Positions 40,683 to 49,675 of a DNA stretch of 64,000 nt are shown piece by piece. The stretch lies in IMG/VR virus record IMGVR_UViG_3300047560_001314. One strand, 5' to 3'. Each line of letters starts with the position of its first letter. Positions within the stretch are counted from its first letter, which is position 1. Position numbers and translations under genes: made by a program. Under the pieces are notes generated by a model. That model saw only the letters and a program-made list of their open reading frames with translations. It had not been told where the DNA came from and ran no database searches. The DNA comes from a virus (taxonomy: Duplodnaviria > Heunggongvirae > Uroviricota > Caudoviricetes).

Positions 40683-40800
40683 ATGAGGGCGTATCCTACT
40701 GCCAACAGGTCCAGTGTAGTGTGCACTCAGGGACTGGGTTGCTGTTGGGCCCTACCACGACTGTACTAGACGCTATCTAGCCTTCCATCGGATACGCCTT
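40683..40800 (-). ncRNA. structured non-tRNA spacer element closed by a 9-bp terminal inverted repeat (GGCGTATCC...GGATACGCC)
   Basis: No T-loop and no cloverleaf could be built. Shares the CCCTACC..GACT.TAC.CTAGA block with the 40878-41051 spacer. Strand is assumed from the array. Confidence 0.25.
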
Positions 40801-40802
40801 CG

Positions 40803-40877
40803 TGCTTCATGTAAGACTCGAACTTACAACATCATGATCCTAAGTCATGTGCCTCTACCAATTGGGCCAATGAAGCA
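40803..40877 (-). tRNA. tRNA with anticodon TAG (Leu by anticodon) on a short-variable-arm (class I) scaffold
   Basis: Manual fold: perfect anticodon stem CATGA/TCATG, loop CTTAGGA, 5-nt variable loop, T loop TTCGAGT. Confidence 0.55.
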
Positions 40878-41051
40878 TGTAAGCAGCAGATGACTAATCC
40901 GCCCCTACCGACTCTACACTAGAAATCCTACGAGTAGTAGCAACCATGGCCAATCTAGGCACTGCGCCAAGGTTAGTGGCGTTTGCTGGCTTTCGTCCAG
41001 TTCCTACACCATTATGACACTAATGGTAGCGAGTGTATAGTCACTACACTG
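40878..41051 (-). ncRNA. non-tRNA spacer with three consecutive hairpins (possible degenerate tRNA remnants or processing elements)
   Basis: Hairpins GTGTA-GTGACTA-TACAC, ACCATTA-GTGTCA-TAATGGT and CGCCA-CTAACCT-TGGCG in minus sense. No canonical T arm. Confidence 0.2.
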
Positions 41052-41122
41052 CAGAGTCTCTAGGAGTCGAACCTAGGCTTACCGCTTTGGAGACGGTAGT
41101 GCTTCCGTAACACTTAGACCCT
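41052..41122 (-). tRNA. tRNA-Trp (anticodon CCA)
   Basis: Manual fold: loop CTCCAAA, D arm GTGC/ACAC, T loop TTCGACT. Confidence 0.6.
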
Positions 41123-41168
41123 AAATACCTAACGCACTAGTCGTTAGGGTGGTTATTTAATTATACAG

Positions 41169-41241
41169 TACCCAAAGTGGGATTCGAACCCACGCTGTGT
41201 AAATTTTAAATCTACTGCCTCTACCGCTGGGCTATTTGGGC
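41169..41241 (-). tRNA. tRNA with anticodon TAA (Leu by anticodon) on a class I scaffold
   Basis: Manual fold: loop TTTAAAA; D arm GCCC/AGGC as in the TAG tRNA; T loop TTCGAAT. Confidence 0.55.
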
Positions 41242-41246
41242 TAAAA

Positions 41247-41405
41247 CTATTTAGCCAATAAGCCGATTAGTAAACCAATAATAAACATTGACATACCAAT
41301 CACCCAGTGATATCTGCGAGTTAGATAATCTCTAACAATTTTATCTTGAATATAATCTGGAACTTCAACAACTTTATCACGACCCAAATCAATCTCGTAC
41401 TTCAT
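41247..41405 (-). CDS. small membrane protein (52 aa)
   Basis: Strong RBS AGGAGGAAAACA; C-terminal TM segment. Not in the track. Confidence 0.35.
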   Translation of the reverse strand: MKYEIDLGRDKVVEVPDYIQDKIVRDYLTRRYHWVIGMSMFIIGLLIGLLAK

Positions 41406-41540
41406 TGTTTTCCTCCTGATCTACCCCGTAAGTCATTGTTACATAGCATACATAAAACCCTGCAGCAAAGGCGGGGATAAGAAAAAGTGCATCAATCATA
41501 TATTAAGTATACTCCATTCAAGTGATGTTGTAAAGTTGGT

Positions 41541-41663
41541 TTAGATTAATTCTGGCATGGTCTGGCCACATGGACAGATAATAGATTCAGGAAGATCATG
41601 AACTTCTGTCTCAATTGTAATAGCAGTAGAACATTCTTGGCACTTATAAGTAATTTTTGTCAT
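41541..41663 (-). CDS. zinc-ribbon mini-protein (40 aa)
   Basis: CQECS...CPCGQ. Confidence 0.3.
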   Translation of the reverse strand: MTKITYKCQECSTAITIETEVHDLPESIICPCGQTMPELI

Positions 41664-42150
41664 GTATTAATGATACCAGACTATGGTATGATTGTCAAAT
41701 GGAATGCGAACATGATAATAAAAAAGCCTATGTTTACGGCTATATGAGCAGTGACTTTATTCAGGCTCAGTGGGATGGGATGCAGCCTTATGGAGGCCAT
41801 CGGAAGACTGCTGAGATGCCAGAATACTTCTGTCCAGATTGTCTAGAAGACTTGTACGAATAGGCCTTAGTCCATCATTAATAATCTTAGCCCTAATCTT
41901 TTCTTGCCTACGCTCAAATTTAGACAGTTGTGGCTTAGACTTTTTTCTTTTTAGATTTTTAGATTGGCGCTTTTGGCTCATGAGCCTTCTACATAATTTC
42001 TTACATGCTTGGAGCAAACACCAGTGACAATAAAATGGGTGCCCTCATCGGCAAGATCATTGTAAGTTGCTCTAGCATTACAGTAGAAGCATTTTTCTTC
42101 TTTATTGTCCATAATCCTATTATACCATTTTGACGGTCTATCTTCTGGCT

Positions 42151-42429
42151 CTACCATACTTCATCCATATCAAACTCAGGACCGACAGACTCAAAACTAT
42201 ATCTCATTGCATTTCCAAGATCATTTTCTGGTACATCATTAAAATAATATTTATTTCTCTCTGAACTAAATGACCACGATCTCCATCCATCTCCATCGTT
42301 CCAGAACAGAGAGCCAGGAGTTGTATCCTTTAGGCGCTCTTCAATCATATCGTATAGATGAACCTCATCCATAATGGCATCTCTTAGTGGAGACCACCAA
42401 AATAATTTTCTAACTAACCAATCAATCAT
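42151..42429 (-). CDS. hypothetical protein
   Basis: 92 aa, Trp-rich. Confidence 0.35.
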   Translation of the reverse strand: MIDWLVRKLFWWSPLRDAIMDEVHLYDMIEERLKDTTPGSLFWNDGDGWRSWSFSSERNKYYFNDVPENDLGNAMRYSFESVGPEFDMDEVW

Positions 42430-42619
42430 TTTCCTCTACCTTATCTTTAGGAACCCAAACCTTTTTGCCATCTTTCCATACAGGCCAATAGCCAAGGCTA
42501 CGCCAGTCCATAGACATAATCTTAGGATCTTTTGGCACACCACACCCTGTAATCACTCATGGTCTGGTGGTTATCCCAGTACTCAATATCTTCTTTGTCC
42601 ATACCGCATTTATCACAAA

Positions 42620-42892
42620 TCATTTTCTCACCTTTGGTTTTGGCATTCTTTCTGTTATTAATAAAACAACTTTATCCAGGCCTTCAACATAAGCCATCGC
42701 ATCATCTTTAGCCCATAAAAGGTTGCCTTTTTTATCAAAAGAACTACCTCTGTACTCAAGATATTCTTTCTTATGCTCATTAATTAAGTATATCAGTTGT
42801 TCTCGTTCATACTTAACAGACTTACTGCAACCTGCACATGGACATGCCCAGTGAAACCTTTCTGGTCCTGGTGTTTGGTTTGGATCTGCCAT
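42620..42892 (-). CDS. hypothetical protein
   Basis: 90 aa; CPCAGC motif. Confidence 0.35.
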   Translation of the reverse strand: MADPNQTPGPERFHWACPCAGCSKSVKYEREQLIYLINEHKKEYLEYRGSSFDKKGNLLWAKDDAMAYVEGLDKVVLLITERMPKPKVRK

Positions 42893-43444
42893 CTATTCCC
42901 CCATTGGTTTCCAAAGTTTTTCGTTACCCTTATTATAGTCCCTAGCCATGACAAATAGCAAATCAGAAAGCCTATTTAAATAAGTAGCAGTTAATGGATT
43001 AATAGTAATATCTAACATTTCTTCAATCTCAATTACATACCACAAATCTCTTTCTGCTCTGCGAACTAGGCTTCTTGCAAAATGCAAGGGACCAGTAGGT
43101 AATACAAAAGAATATAGAGGTTCTTGTGTTACGACATAGCCATCAATCATCTTTTCTAAGTATGTAATGTGGTTATGTTTAATTTTCACAGTATCGGAAC
43201 CAGCAACATCTGCACCAAGATCAAATAAATCATTCTGAATTTTATCAAGAATAGGATTAGGAGTCATCAACCCAATAGCAGAGTTAGCCTCATCAATTGA
43301 CCCAATTGCAATAATCTGTGGGCTAAACTTTTCTACACGCATATTGTCTGCGGTAGATGTAGTGCCTTTATCACCAGTCTTAGTATAGATTTTAGTTAGG
43401 TGCACCATTTGCATCATCCTTTGTCCACTCGTACTTACTATCAT
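42893..43444 (-). CDS. pduO: ATP:cob(I)alamin adenosyltransferase, PduO-type
   Basis: IYTKTGDKGTTS signature near the N-terminus; length 183 aa, consistent with the Cob_adeno_trans fold. Confidence 0.75.
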   Translation of the reverse strand: MIVSTSGQRMMQMVHLTKIYTKTGDKGTTSTADNMRVEKFSPQIIAIGSIDEANSAIGLMTPNPILDKIQNDLFDLGADVAGSDTVKIKHNHITYLEKMIDGYVVTQEPLYSFVLPTGPLHFARSLVRRAERDLWYVIEIEEMLDITINPLTATYLNRLSDLLFVMARDYNKGNEKLWKPMGE

Positions 43445-43649
43445 ACAGGTAATTGATTACTTCGTCAATAGCCCCTCCCATAGTTGGAGCGGTAACTTCA
43501 CAATAATACTCATTAGTATCAGAAAATTCTATATTGGCTTCCCAATGGTTAAAAAATCCACCATAGTTAACCTTAGTTACTTTAATAGTAAAATTATCTG
43601 AATAATCTAATTGATCTTCAGGCCACTCAATCTTATCCATTACATACAC
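43392..43649 (-). CDS. hypothetical protein
   Basis: 85 aa ORF. Confidence 0.3.
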   Translation of the reverse strand: MYVMDKIEWPEDQLDYSDNFTIKVTKVNYGGFFNHWEANIEFSDTNEYYCEVTAPTMGGAIDEVINYLYDSKYEWTKDDANGAPN

Positions 43650-43885
43650 TCTGTACTGTTTAAAATTGCTGAGGTTCCCTCGCCATTATAGATTAATGTA
43701 GTGCCATCGCATCTTTTAGTAATAGAATTGCCAACCCAAACAATGCCCTTTTTAGGGTCTGTATTTTTTTCTGAATCACATGCATTAGCAATTATAAAAA
43801 TTGCTATAAGCGGTACAAAAAAGATTCCAAAAATATAAACTTCGTCTGGAACACGATCAATATATCTTTTAATTATTTTCCACAT
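43640..43885 (-). CDS. small membrane protein
   Basis: 81 aa with a TM segment. Confidence 0.3.
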   Translation of the reverse strand: MWKIIKRYIDRVPDEVYIFGIFFVPLIAIFIIANACDSEKNTDPKKGIVWVGNSITKRCDGTTLIYNGEGTSAILNSTECM

Positions 43886-44054
43886 TTTTTGCTCCTGTTA
43901 TCCACCTATATATTTTAGAACGCTTCTTTTTTGGTGCTTTAACAATAACTGTATTATTTTCACCAATCTTAGTTATCAAATCATCTAGATCTTTATTAAG
44001 TTGTCCAAAAATTCGTCCAGAATCAGTTTGATATGATGCCATCATCCATGCCAT
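43869..44054 (-). CDS. hypothetical protein
   Basis: 61 aa ORF. Confidence 0.25.
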   Translation of the reverse strand: MAWMMASYQTDSGRIFGQLNKDLDDLITKIGENNTVIVKAPKKKRSKIYRWITGAKNVENN

Positions 44055-44446
44055 TCATCAAATGATATGCCACATAATCCACAGATTCCCTTAGCCTTAT
44101 TTTCAGGTGTAACAAACATATGACCACAATAAGCATTCTTGGTATCTGCAAATGTACCCTCAGTGTCTGCAAAAGTCATACCCGCAGTTGGGTATGTACC
44201 CTTTTCAACTCCATGAGAACATTCAGTATTCGTAATACTGTACCCACCATTTGGCCAACCAATAGTTAATCCTGTATCAGGGCTTTTAGTTGTAGTTGTA
44301 TCTAGTTTAAACTTATAAAACTCTTTAGCAGTTTCATACCCTGCACGATAAGCAGAATCAAGTGCATCTTTAACTTGCTTAACTTGATCTTCAGTCAGTC
44401 CTGATGGATTAAATACAATAATTGGTGAGTACATATTACTTCGCAA
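44042..44446 (-). CDS. hypothetical protein with C-terminal HMFVTPENKAKGICGLCGISFDEW module
   Basis: The 26-aa C-terminus is near-identical to the C-terminus of 50172..50705. Confidence 0.4.
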   Translation of the reverse strand: MRSNMYSPIIVFNPSGLTEDQVKQVKDALDSAYRAGYETAKEFYKFKLDTTTTKSPDTGLTIGWPNGGYSITNTECSHGVEKGTYPTAGMTFADTEGTFADTKNAYCGHMFVTPENKAKGICGLCGISFDEWHG

Positions 44447-45368
44447 TCACTGTAGTTGCTGAGTTACCGCAAGGTGTTGTATAGACTGTTACGCCCTTTT
44501 CAATACCCTTTGTAACTACCTGCTGCCATACCTGCATACATACAGACTGCATCTCTGAGGCTGTCATGCCACCAGCAGCAGCAGCAGAGCGCTTTAGACC
44601 CTGTGCTTCAATAACACGACGCTCTGCTTCAATAGTAGCAGTTTTCTTTGCTTCTTCTGCAATGCGGGTTGCCTGTTGCTGTGAAGCATACTGTGAGATT
44701 GTTGCTGCTGTCTTCTCATCGGGCTCTACAGAACGAAGATTAATATCTTCAATTGTAATTCCATACTTAATCAACTGCTGGTCAAGTTGCAACTTAATTG
44801 CTTCTGTAGTCTTAACACGATCATTAAGAGCATCTAGGTTTCCTGTAAGAGAATAAACCTGCCCTACAGCCTGTCGTAGATTCTTGACTACAATATCTTG
44901 GCTAATACGGTCATCATCACCAGTACGAACTTGAAGGTACAACTGCTTTGCCTTAGAAGACTCTACACGCCAACGAGCAGCAATCTCAACAGTCATCTGT
45001 CCTGCATCAGCGGTACGAGCAAGAATCTTATCATTACCTGATAGTTCAATTGTAACTGGACGAGTAGGATATGTTTCAACTGTTACCCAAGGTGCAACAA
45101 AATGAACTCCTGAGCGTAAAGGATCAGATACCTGACCAAATGCTACTGGTACTGCAACCTCTGTTGCTTTCACGATTGTAAATGTTGAAAAGAATGTTGC
45201 AATGAAAGCAATTGCAATCAATACAGATGTAGTTACCCAAGCAATTCGCTTTGGGTTAATTTGATCCCCATACTCTGTTTCTTTCTTAGTTGTCTTAGTT
45301 TTAAGTGCTACTACTAATGAAATAACTGCAGCAATAAATAAAACTGCCAAAATACCTGTCTTAAACAT
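44436..45368 (-). CDS. SPFH/band-7 (HflK/stomatin-like) membrane protein
   Basis: N-terminal TM, SPFH core, then Ala/Gln-rich coiled coil. Confidence 0.55.
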   Translation of the reverse strand: MFKTGILAVLFIAAVISLVVALKTKTTKKETEYGDQINPKRIAWVTTSVLIAIAFIATFFSTFTIVKATEVAVPVAFGQVSDPLRSGVHFVAPWVTVETYPTRPVTIELSGNDKILARTADAGQMTVEIAARWRVESSKAKQLYLQVRTGDDDRISQDIVVKNLRQAVGQVYSLTGNLDALNDRVKTTEAIKLQLDQQLIKYGITIEDINLRSVEPDEKTAATISQYASQQQATRIAEEAKKTATIEAERRVIEAQGLKRSAAAAGGMTASEMQSVCMQVWQQVVTKGIEKGVTVYTTPCGNSATTVIAK

Positions 45369-46535
45369 TTAATCTCCCTTTACGTTAATAATTTGTTTGA
45401 ATGTGTGCTTTACTTTAACTAATTCTACAGCATCTTGCATTACTGTGTCAATAGGCTTGTATGCTCCAGGATGTTCATCAAGGAATGCTGAAGAATGTGA
45501 CCATTCAATACCCTGCATTTTTTCCTCAAGGTCTTCCATCGTAAATGTCTTACGAGCAGAACCACGAGAATGCTGACGACCTGCACCATGTGGAGCAGAA
45601 TTAAAAGACATTGGGTTTCCAAGTCCTTCAACAACATATGACAAATCACCCATTGAGCCAGGGATCAAACCAAGTTGTCCAGCCTTAGCAGAGATAGCAC
45701 CCTTACGAGTAATCCAAAGTTTTTCACCAAAGTGCTCTTCTTGCTGAGTAAAGTTATGATGACAGTTAACCTCTTCAAGTACATCAAACTCTCCAGCATG
45801 ATACTTAAATGCAGCCTTAACACGCTTCATCATTACTTCACGATTCATCATTGCAAATATTTGTGCCCAGTTCATCTGAGCAATATACTCATTAAACTCT
45901 GGGGTGCCTTCAACAAGGTATGCCAAATCTGAATCAGGAAGTATAGTACCGATATCGGAACAATAGTTCTGTGCAACCTTAATATGCTTAGATGCAATTT
46001 TGTTTCCAATACCACGAGAACCAGAGTGAAGGAATAGCCAAACATATCCATCTTCATCCACTGTTACTTCAATAAAGTGGTTTCCAGAACCAAGTGATCC
46101 AAGTTGCACACGCCAATTCTTATCTAATTCATCTGGGTTAAATCCTGCATCACGAGCATACACTTGAAGCATTGCTACTTCATCTTGTGCATCATCCTTA
46201 ATACGATTATTATACTTACCAGCAGACAATGGAATTTGTGATTGAATTGATTCACGAATACCCTGCTTGTTTAATTCAGGAAGATTCTCAATCTTGTGTG
46301 AAGTCTTTACAGCCATCATTCCACAGCCAATGTCTACTCCAACACATGCAGGCATGATAGCACCCTTTGTAGGGACTACAGAGCCTACTGTAGAGCCACG
46401 ACCAAAGTGAACATCAGGCATCAATGCAAGATGGGGGTATACAAAAGGCATAGAAGAAGTATTCTTAGCCTGATTCAAAGCCTCATCTTCTACAATAGAA
46501 GCCCAATTAATTAGTTTATCTGTTACTTTATTCAT
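45369..46535 (-). CDS. rtcB: RtcB RNA 3'-phosphate ligase
   Basis: DIGCGMM, GNHFIEV, HSGSRGIG, NCHHNF and HGAGR motifs all present; 388 aa. Confidence 0.85.
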   Translation of the reverse strand: MNKVTDKLINWASIVEDEALNQAKNTSSMPFVYPHLALMPDVHFGRGSTVGSVVPTKGAIMPACVGVDIGCGMMAVKTSHKIENLPELNKQGIRESIQSQIPLSAGKYNNRIKDDAQDEVAMLQVYARDAGFNPDELDKNWRVQLGSLGSGNHFIEVTVDEDGYVWLFLHSGSRGIGNKIASKHIKVAQNYCSDIGTILPDSDLAYLVEGTPEFNEYIAQMNWAQIFAMMNREVMMKRVKAAFKYHAGEFDVLEEVNCHHNFTQQEEHFGEKLWITRKGAISAKAGQLGLIPGSMGDLSYVVEGLGNPMSFNSAPHGAGRQHSRGSARKTFTMEDLEEKMQGIEWSHSSAFLDEHPGAYKPIDTVMQDAVELVKVKHTFKQIINVKGD

Positions 46536-46980
46536 CTGTTTCTCCTTTTTTAATTCTTTCGCTATATCGGTTTGATATTCTATCTAATTCAGCAATGATT
46601 AATTTTGCATGTTTATGATCTGGATCTTCTTTGAGAAAGTTTACTAGCAATGCTCCAACACTTGGTTGAACCATTTGTAAATATTCTCCAGTTTCTTCCC
46701 AGTGTGTAATTACATTACCGCCATCTAAATGACCGTCTGGAAGGTGATCTTGTTTTTTTAAAGCATAAAATGCAAGAATTAATTTCCACTTAAAAGATGA
46801 CGGGATATAAGAAGTTTTCTTAAACATCCAACGAAGGCTACGACCAACTCTATATTTAAGGGTATCTCTTTCTTCATCTTTATATCTAATATGCTTGATA
46901 TTATGATTTCTAGTATAGTCCCAGTCACGATGAGCAAAATGGTTTGCTAAATCATCTAAGTATTGAACTGATTCATTCAT
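46528..46980 (-). CDS. hypothetical protein translationally coupled upstream of rtcB
   Basis: 150 aa; 8-nt overlap with the rtcB start. No motif recognised; it is not archease-like. Confidence 0.4.
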   Translation of the reverse strand: MNESVQYLDDLANHFAHRDWDYTRNHNIKHIRYKDEERDTLKYRVGRSLRWMFKKTSYIPSSFKWKLILAFYALKKQDHLPDGHLDGGNVITHWEETGEYLQMVQPSVGALLVNFLKEDPDHKHAKLIIAELDRISNRYSERIKKGETDE

Positions 46981-47216
46981 TTACTTCCCCTAGCAATTGC
47001 AGCAGCCTCTTTGTGCACACACCAATCATCAAAGAATTCAATTGATGAACAATGACAAACCATTTTTGTTTCAATTTCTCTAGCAACAACCTCTCTAGCA
47101 GTCTCAGATAAACACTGTAAACAATTAGGCTTAGTTCTTGGTGCTTCGCTGTCTGGTCTATTATGAGGGCATGGTCCAGAAAGCATTCTTAATGCTTGTT
47201 CCACTTTATCGCTCAT
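46977..47216 (-). CDS. Cys-rich small protein
   Basis: 79 aa; CPHN...CLQC...CHC...C. Confidence 0.35.
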   Translation of the reverse strand: MSDKVEQALRMLSGPCPHNRPDSEAPRTKPNCLQCLSETAREVVAREIETKMVCHCSSIEFFDDWCVHKEAAAIARGSK

Positions 47217-47437
47217 CTATTTAACCTACTCATAAAATAAATAAATACTAATACTGCAATTGTAGTAATTGTTTCGTTCAAAATAGCCACCTCAATAACC
47301 ATCCAATAAAATAAGCAAGTCCAATTAAAAGCAAGACAGCAATAGCATCTTCACCCCAATCAAAGGTTTCTGATATATAAACCAAAAAAGCAATAACTGT
47401 AAGCACTGCTAATCCTAATAGTAGATTAATAATCATC

Positions 47438-47806
47438 TTAAGCCTTTCTCAATTCCGCTTTTAGTTCTCGCTTAATAGTCTTCCATTCATGCTCATGGTA
47501 ATACCAACGATTAGCGTCTTCTTTTATAGCATAGGCTTCTACTTCTTCTGCAGTCCCCCAGAAAATATCTTTAACAATTGATTCCTTTAGTTCATCAACT
47601 TCTGCTTGGCTATCGCAACTTTGCAGGGCATCACAATAAGAACATGATCCATATCCAACTACAGTAAACCCAAACTTATCGCCATTTTTTAGCAGGTAAA
47701 CATAATCACCCTGCCAATCACCAATGTTCCAGTCCTTAATAATAGTTCCAGCAGATGCAACTAGAGAGTCATAAGACTCACTTGATTCAAACCATTCGTC
47801 TTCCAT
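47438..47806 (-). CDS. hypothetical protein
   Basis: 122 aa ORF. Confidence 0.35.
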   Translation of the reverse strand: MEDEWFESSESYDSLVASAGTIIKDWNIGDWQGDYVYLLKNGDKFGFTVVGYGSCSYCDALQSCDSQAEVDELKESIVKDIFWGTAEEVEAYAIKEDANRWYYHEHEWKTIKRELKAELRKA

Positions 47807-47994
47807 TATTTACTCCTATGATAATCTCTAACCATTTTAATATCTTCATCTTGTTCTGAATATGGAATTGTTGCAGGGGATTGATATAAACAAGTCCTGC
47901 AAGGTATATGTTTCATATGTTCTACACATACTATACCCCAATCATATCCTTTTTGAGTTATATTGTCAAATAAGTTCTTGGGTAATTCGTTCAC
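47806..47994 (-). CDS. hypothetical protein
   Basis: 62 aa ORF. Confidence 0.25.
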   Translation of the reverse strand: MNELPKNLFDNITQKGYDWGIVCVEHMKHIPCRTCLYQSPATIPYSEQDEDIKMVRDYHRSK

Positions 47995-48439
47995 GCCTTG
48001 CCTTTCTTATTTCATCACAAGGATCACAAAGTGTTCTATACCAACCATCATCACGAAGTTTTACTGTAATGTCATGATATTCTCTGCCACGAAAAGATCC
48101 TTTTCCACAGGTTTCACATGTTTCAGAAGCCTTGTAGTAAGCATCTGCTTGGCAATCATACATGATATTTCTTGCTACCCCAACATTTTCAGTATCAAAG
48201 TAAAACCTTAAACCACCAAATTTTTCTTTGATTTGAGCAATCTTGTAGTTAGGATCTAAATAAGTTAGTTTCTCATCTAACTCATCAAGAATCCAATACC
48301 AGCCTTTACCGCAAGAGGCAAGACTATTCCACTTGGAAGGTAATTCCACGACAACATCCGCAGCATCCATGGACTCCATCATCTTCTCCATTCCTAATCC
48401 TAAATTCATCTGGGTCAGGGTGTCCTGTCCCATGCTCAC
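47966..48439 (-). CDS. hypothetical protein (start likely internal)
   Basis: 157 aa ORF; its 5' end overlaps the upstream gene. Confidence 0.35.
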   Translation of the reverse strand: MSMGQDTLTQMNLGLGMEKMMESMDAADVVVELPSKWNSLASCGKGWYWILDELDEKLTYLDPNYKIAQIKEKFGGLRFYFDTENVGVARNIMYDCQADAYYKASETCETCGKGSFRGREYHDITVKLRDDGWYRTLCDPCDEIRKARRERITQELI

Positions 48440-48659
48440 AAATTCTTTCCATAATCATTCTATCAAATCTAAAGTGTTGTGGCAAGTGCCTCATAGGGTG
48501 ATCTGAGCGATTGTGCAGGGTACAAAAATCACCATAGCAAGTTTGCATATCATGACAATAAATCCAGTTCTCAGTATGCTCAAGAAATACATTAGTACTT
48601 CTTAATGGATCAAACTCAGCAGTCTTATTAATTCGTCTCATCTGTGATTTACTTTTCAT
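48324..48659 (-). CDS. Cys/His-rich hypothetical protein
   Basis: 111 aa; HGCCGCC cluster. Confidence 0.35.
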   Translation of the reverse strand: MKSKSQMRRINKTAEFDPLRSTNVFLEHTENWIYCHDMQTCYGDFCTLHNRSDHPMRHLPQHFRFDRMIMERICEHGTGHPDPDEFRIRNGEDDGVHGCCGCCRGITFQVE

Positions 48660-48790
48660 CCTAACTCCTTTTCAATAGCCTGAATTTCCTCATCAACTTC
48701 CCTTTTCCAAATGCGTTTCCACCAACTGCGGTCAGGAAATCTGCCATTGTTGCAATCCTTGCAATTGCAACCGCCTACATTGCGAATCAT
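48656..48790 (-). CDS. Cys-rich mini-protein ending ..EEIQAIEKELG (44 aa)
   Basis: C-terminus is encoded by the repeated junction cassette. Not in the track. Confidence 0.3.
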   Translation of the reverse strand: MIRNVGGCNCKDCNNGRFPDRSWWKRIWKREVDEEIQAIEKELG

Positions 48791-49065
48791 AAAGCCTCGT
48801 AAGTTTCTTCAAAAATATCTACTCTACATGAATAGAATTCGCCTCTAATTCCTTTAATAATCCAATCGCCTTCTCTAGCAAGCATCTTACCTTCAAGAGT
48901 CTCAATCTCAGCCCATAAACGCCCTCTGTGGTAGTCAGAAGGCTCTGATTCATAGGTTAAAGTTCCTAGCAAACCTTGATCAGCAAGATTTTGGAGTGCT
49001 TCAATATTTTCCATTTTTAATTGAATTGCTTCAACTACTACTGGTTTTTTACGGTATTGTTTCAA
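48787..49065 (-). CDS. hypothetical protein
   Basis: 92 aa ORF. Confidence 0.4.
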   Translation of the reverse strand: MKQYRKKPVVVEAIQLKMENIEALQNLADQGLLGTLTYESEPSDYHRGRLWAEIETLEGKMLAREGDWIIKGIRGEFYSCRVDIFEETYEAL

Positions 49066-49277
49066 GACAACCCCTTTTCAATAGCCTGAATAGTTGGGCA
49101 GGGATAAGGCACATATATTGAATCTAATGGAAAAGAACATTCCCAACATTTATCCTTTGAAGACTTATGCAATTCCACTACTGCACGAAGGGCATCAGCA
49201 TTTTTGAAACTGCCACCCATAAAATCAGGGTTTTCTTCTGACTCATCTATCTTTGCCAGCAATTCATCGTGGGTCAT
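49062..49277 (-). CDS. Cys-rich mini-protein, paralog of 49672..49932
   Basis: Both start MTHDELLAKID, share ALRAVVELHK and end YPCPTIQAIEKGLS / YPCPTIQAIERELS. Confidence 0.4.
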   Translation of the reverse strand: MTHDELLAKIDESEENPDFMGGSFKNADALRAVVELHKSSKDKCWECSFPLDSIYVPYPCPTIQAIEKGLS

Positions 49278-49675
49278 TTCAACTCCTTCTCAATAGCCTG
49301 AAATGCACCATACAATGCAAGTACCGCATTTTCTGTATCTTCCTCTGCCATTGACCTGCAACAGCATTCATAGTCATAAATATCTTCTGCGTTATCTAAA
49401 TAACAACTCAAACAACACCCTTTATCGTGCTGTTTTATTTCTGACCATTGTGTATTCTTTTTTTCAAGTATTTTATTATGAATGTAATCGTGAGCCTCTA
49501 TTGCCTCATTTGGTGATGTTTTATATATTTCCATAAGAAATGAAAACTCACATTCACGGCAATAAAGCGAAATGCCATTATAATCAAATTCAATATAGTT
49601 TATAGAAATATCTAATGGATTAGATTCTAACAATAACGATATTGAAACTGGGCGTGGGATTCTAATTGTTTTCAA
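49274..49675 (-). CDS. Cys-rich hypothetical protein ending ..FQAIEKELK
   Basis: 133 aa ORF. Confidence 0.4.
   Translation of the reverse strand: MKTIRIPRPVSISLLLESNPLDISINYIEFDYNGISLYCRECEFSFLMEIYKTSPNEAIEAHDYIHNKILEKKNTQWSEIKQHDKGCCLSCYLDNAEDIYDYECCCRSMAEEDTENAVLALYGAFQAIEKELK

Noticed and set aside
40803-41241. Suppressor tRNAs (stop-codon readers) for the TAG/TAA-anticodon tRNAs
   Set aside because: The anticodons read 5'-UAG-3' and 5'-UAA-3' and so decode CUA and UUA, which are Leu codons. Stop-codon suppressors would need CUA or UUA anticodons.
41657-42017. Overlapping candidate ORFs 41657..41863 (+) and 41757..42017 (-)
   Set aside because: They are mutually exclusive and neither has convincing features. 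A 44-aa zinc-ribbon ORF in another minus frame (about 41953-42112) is at least as plausible, so none were listed as features.
46528-46980. Archease as the RtcB-coupled partner
   Set aside because: No archease-like motifs and wrong composition; left as an unknown accessory protein.
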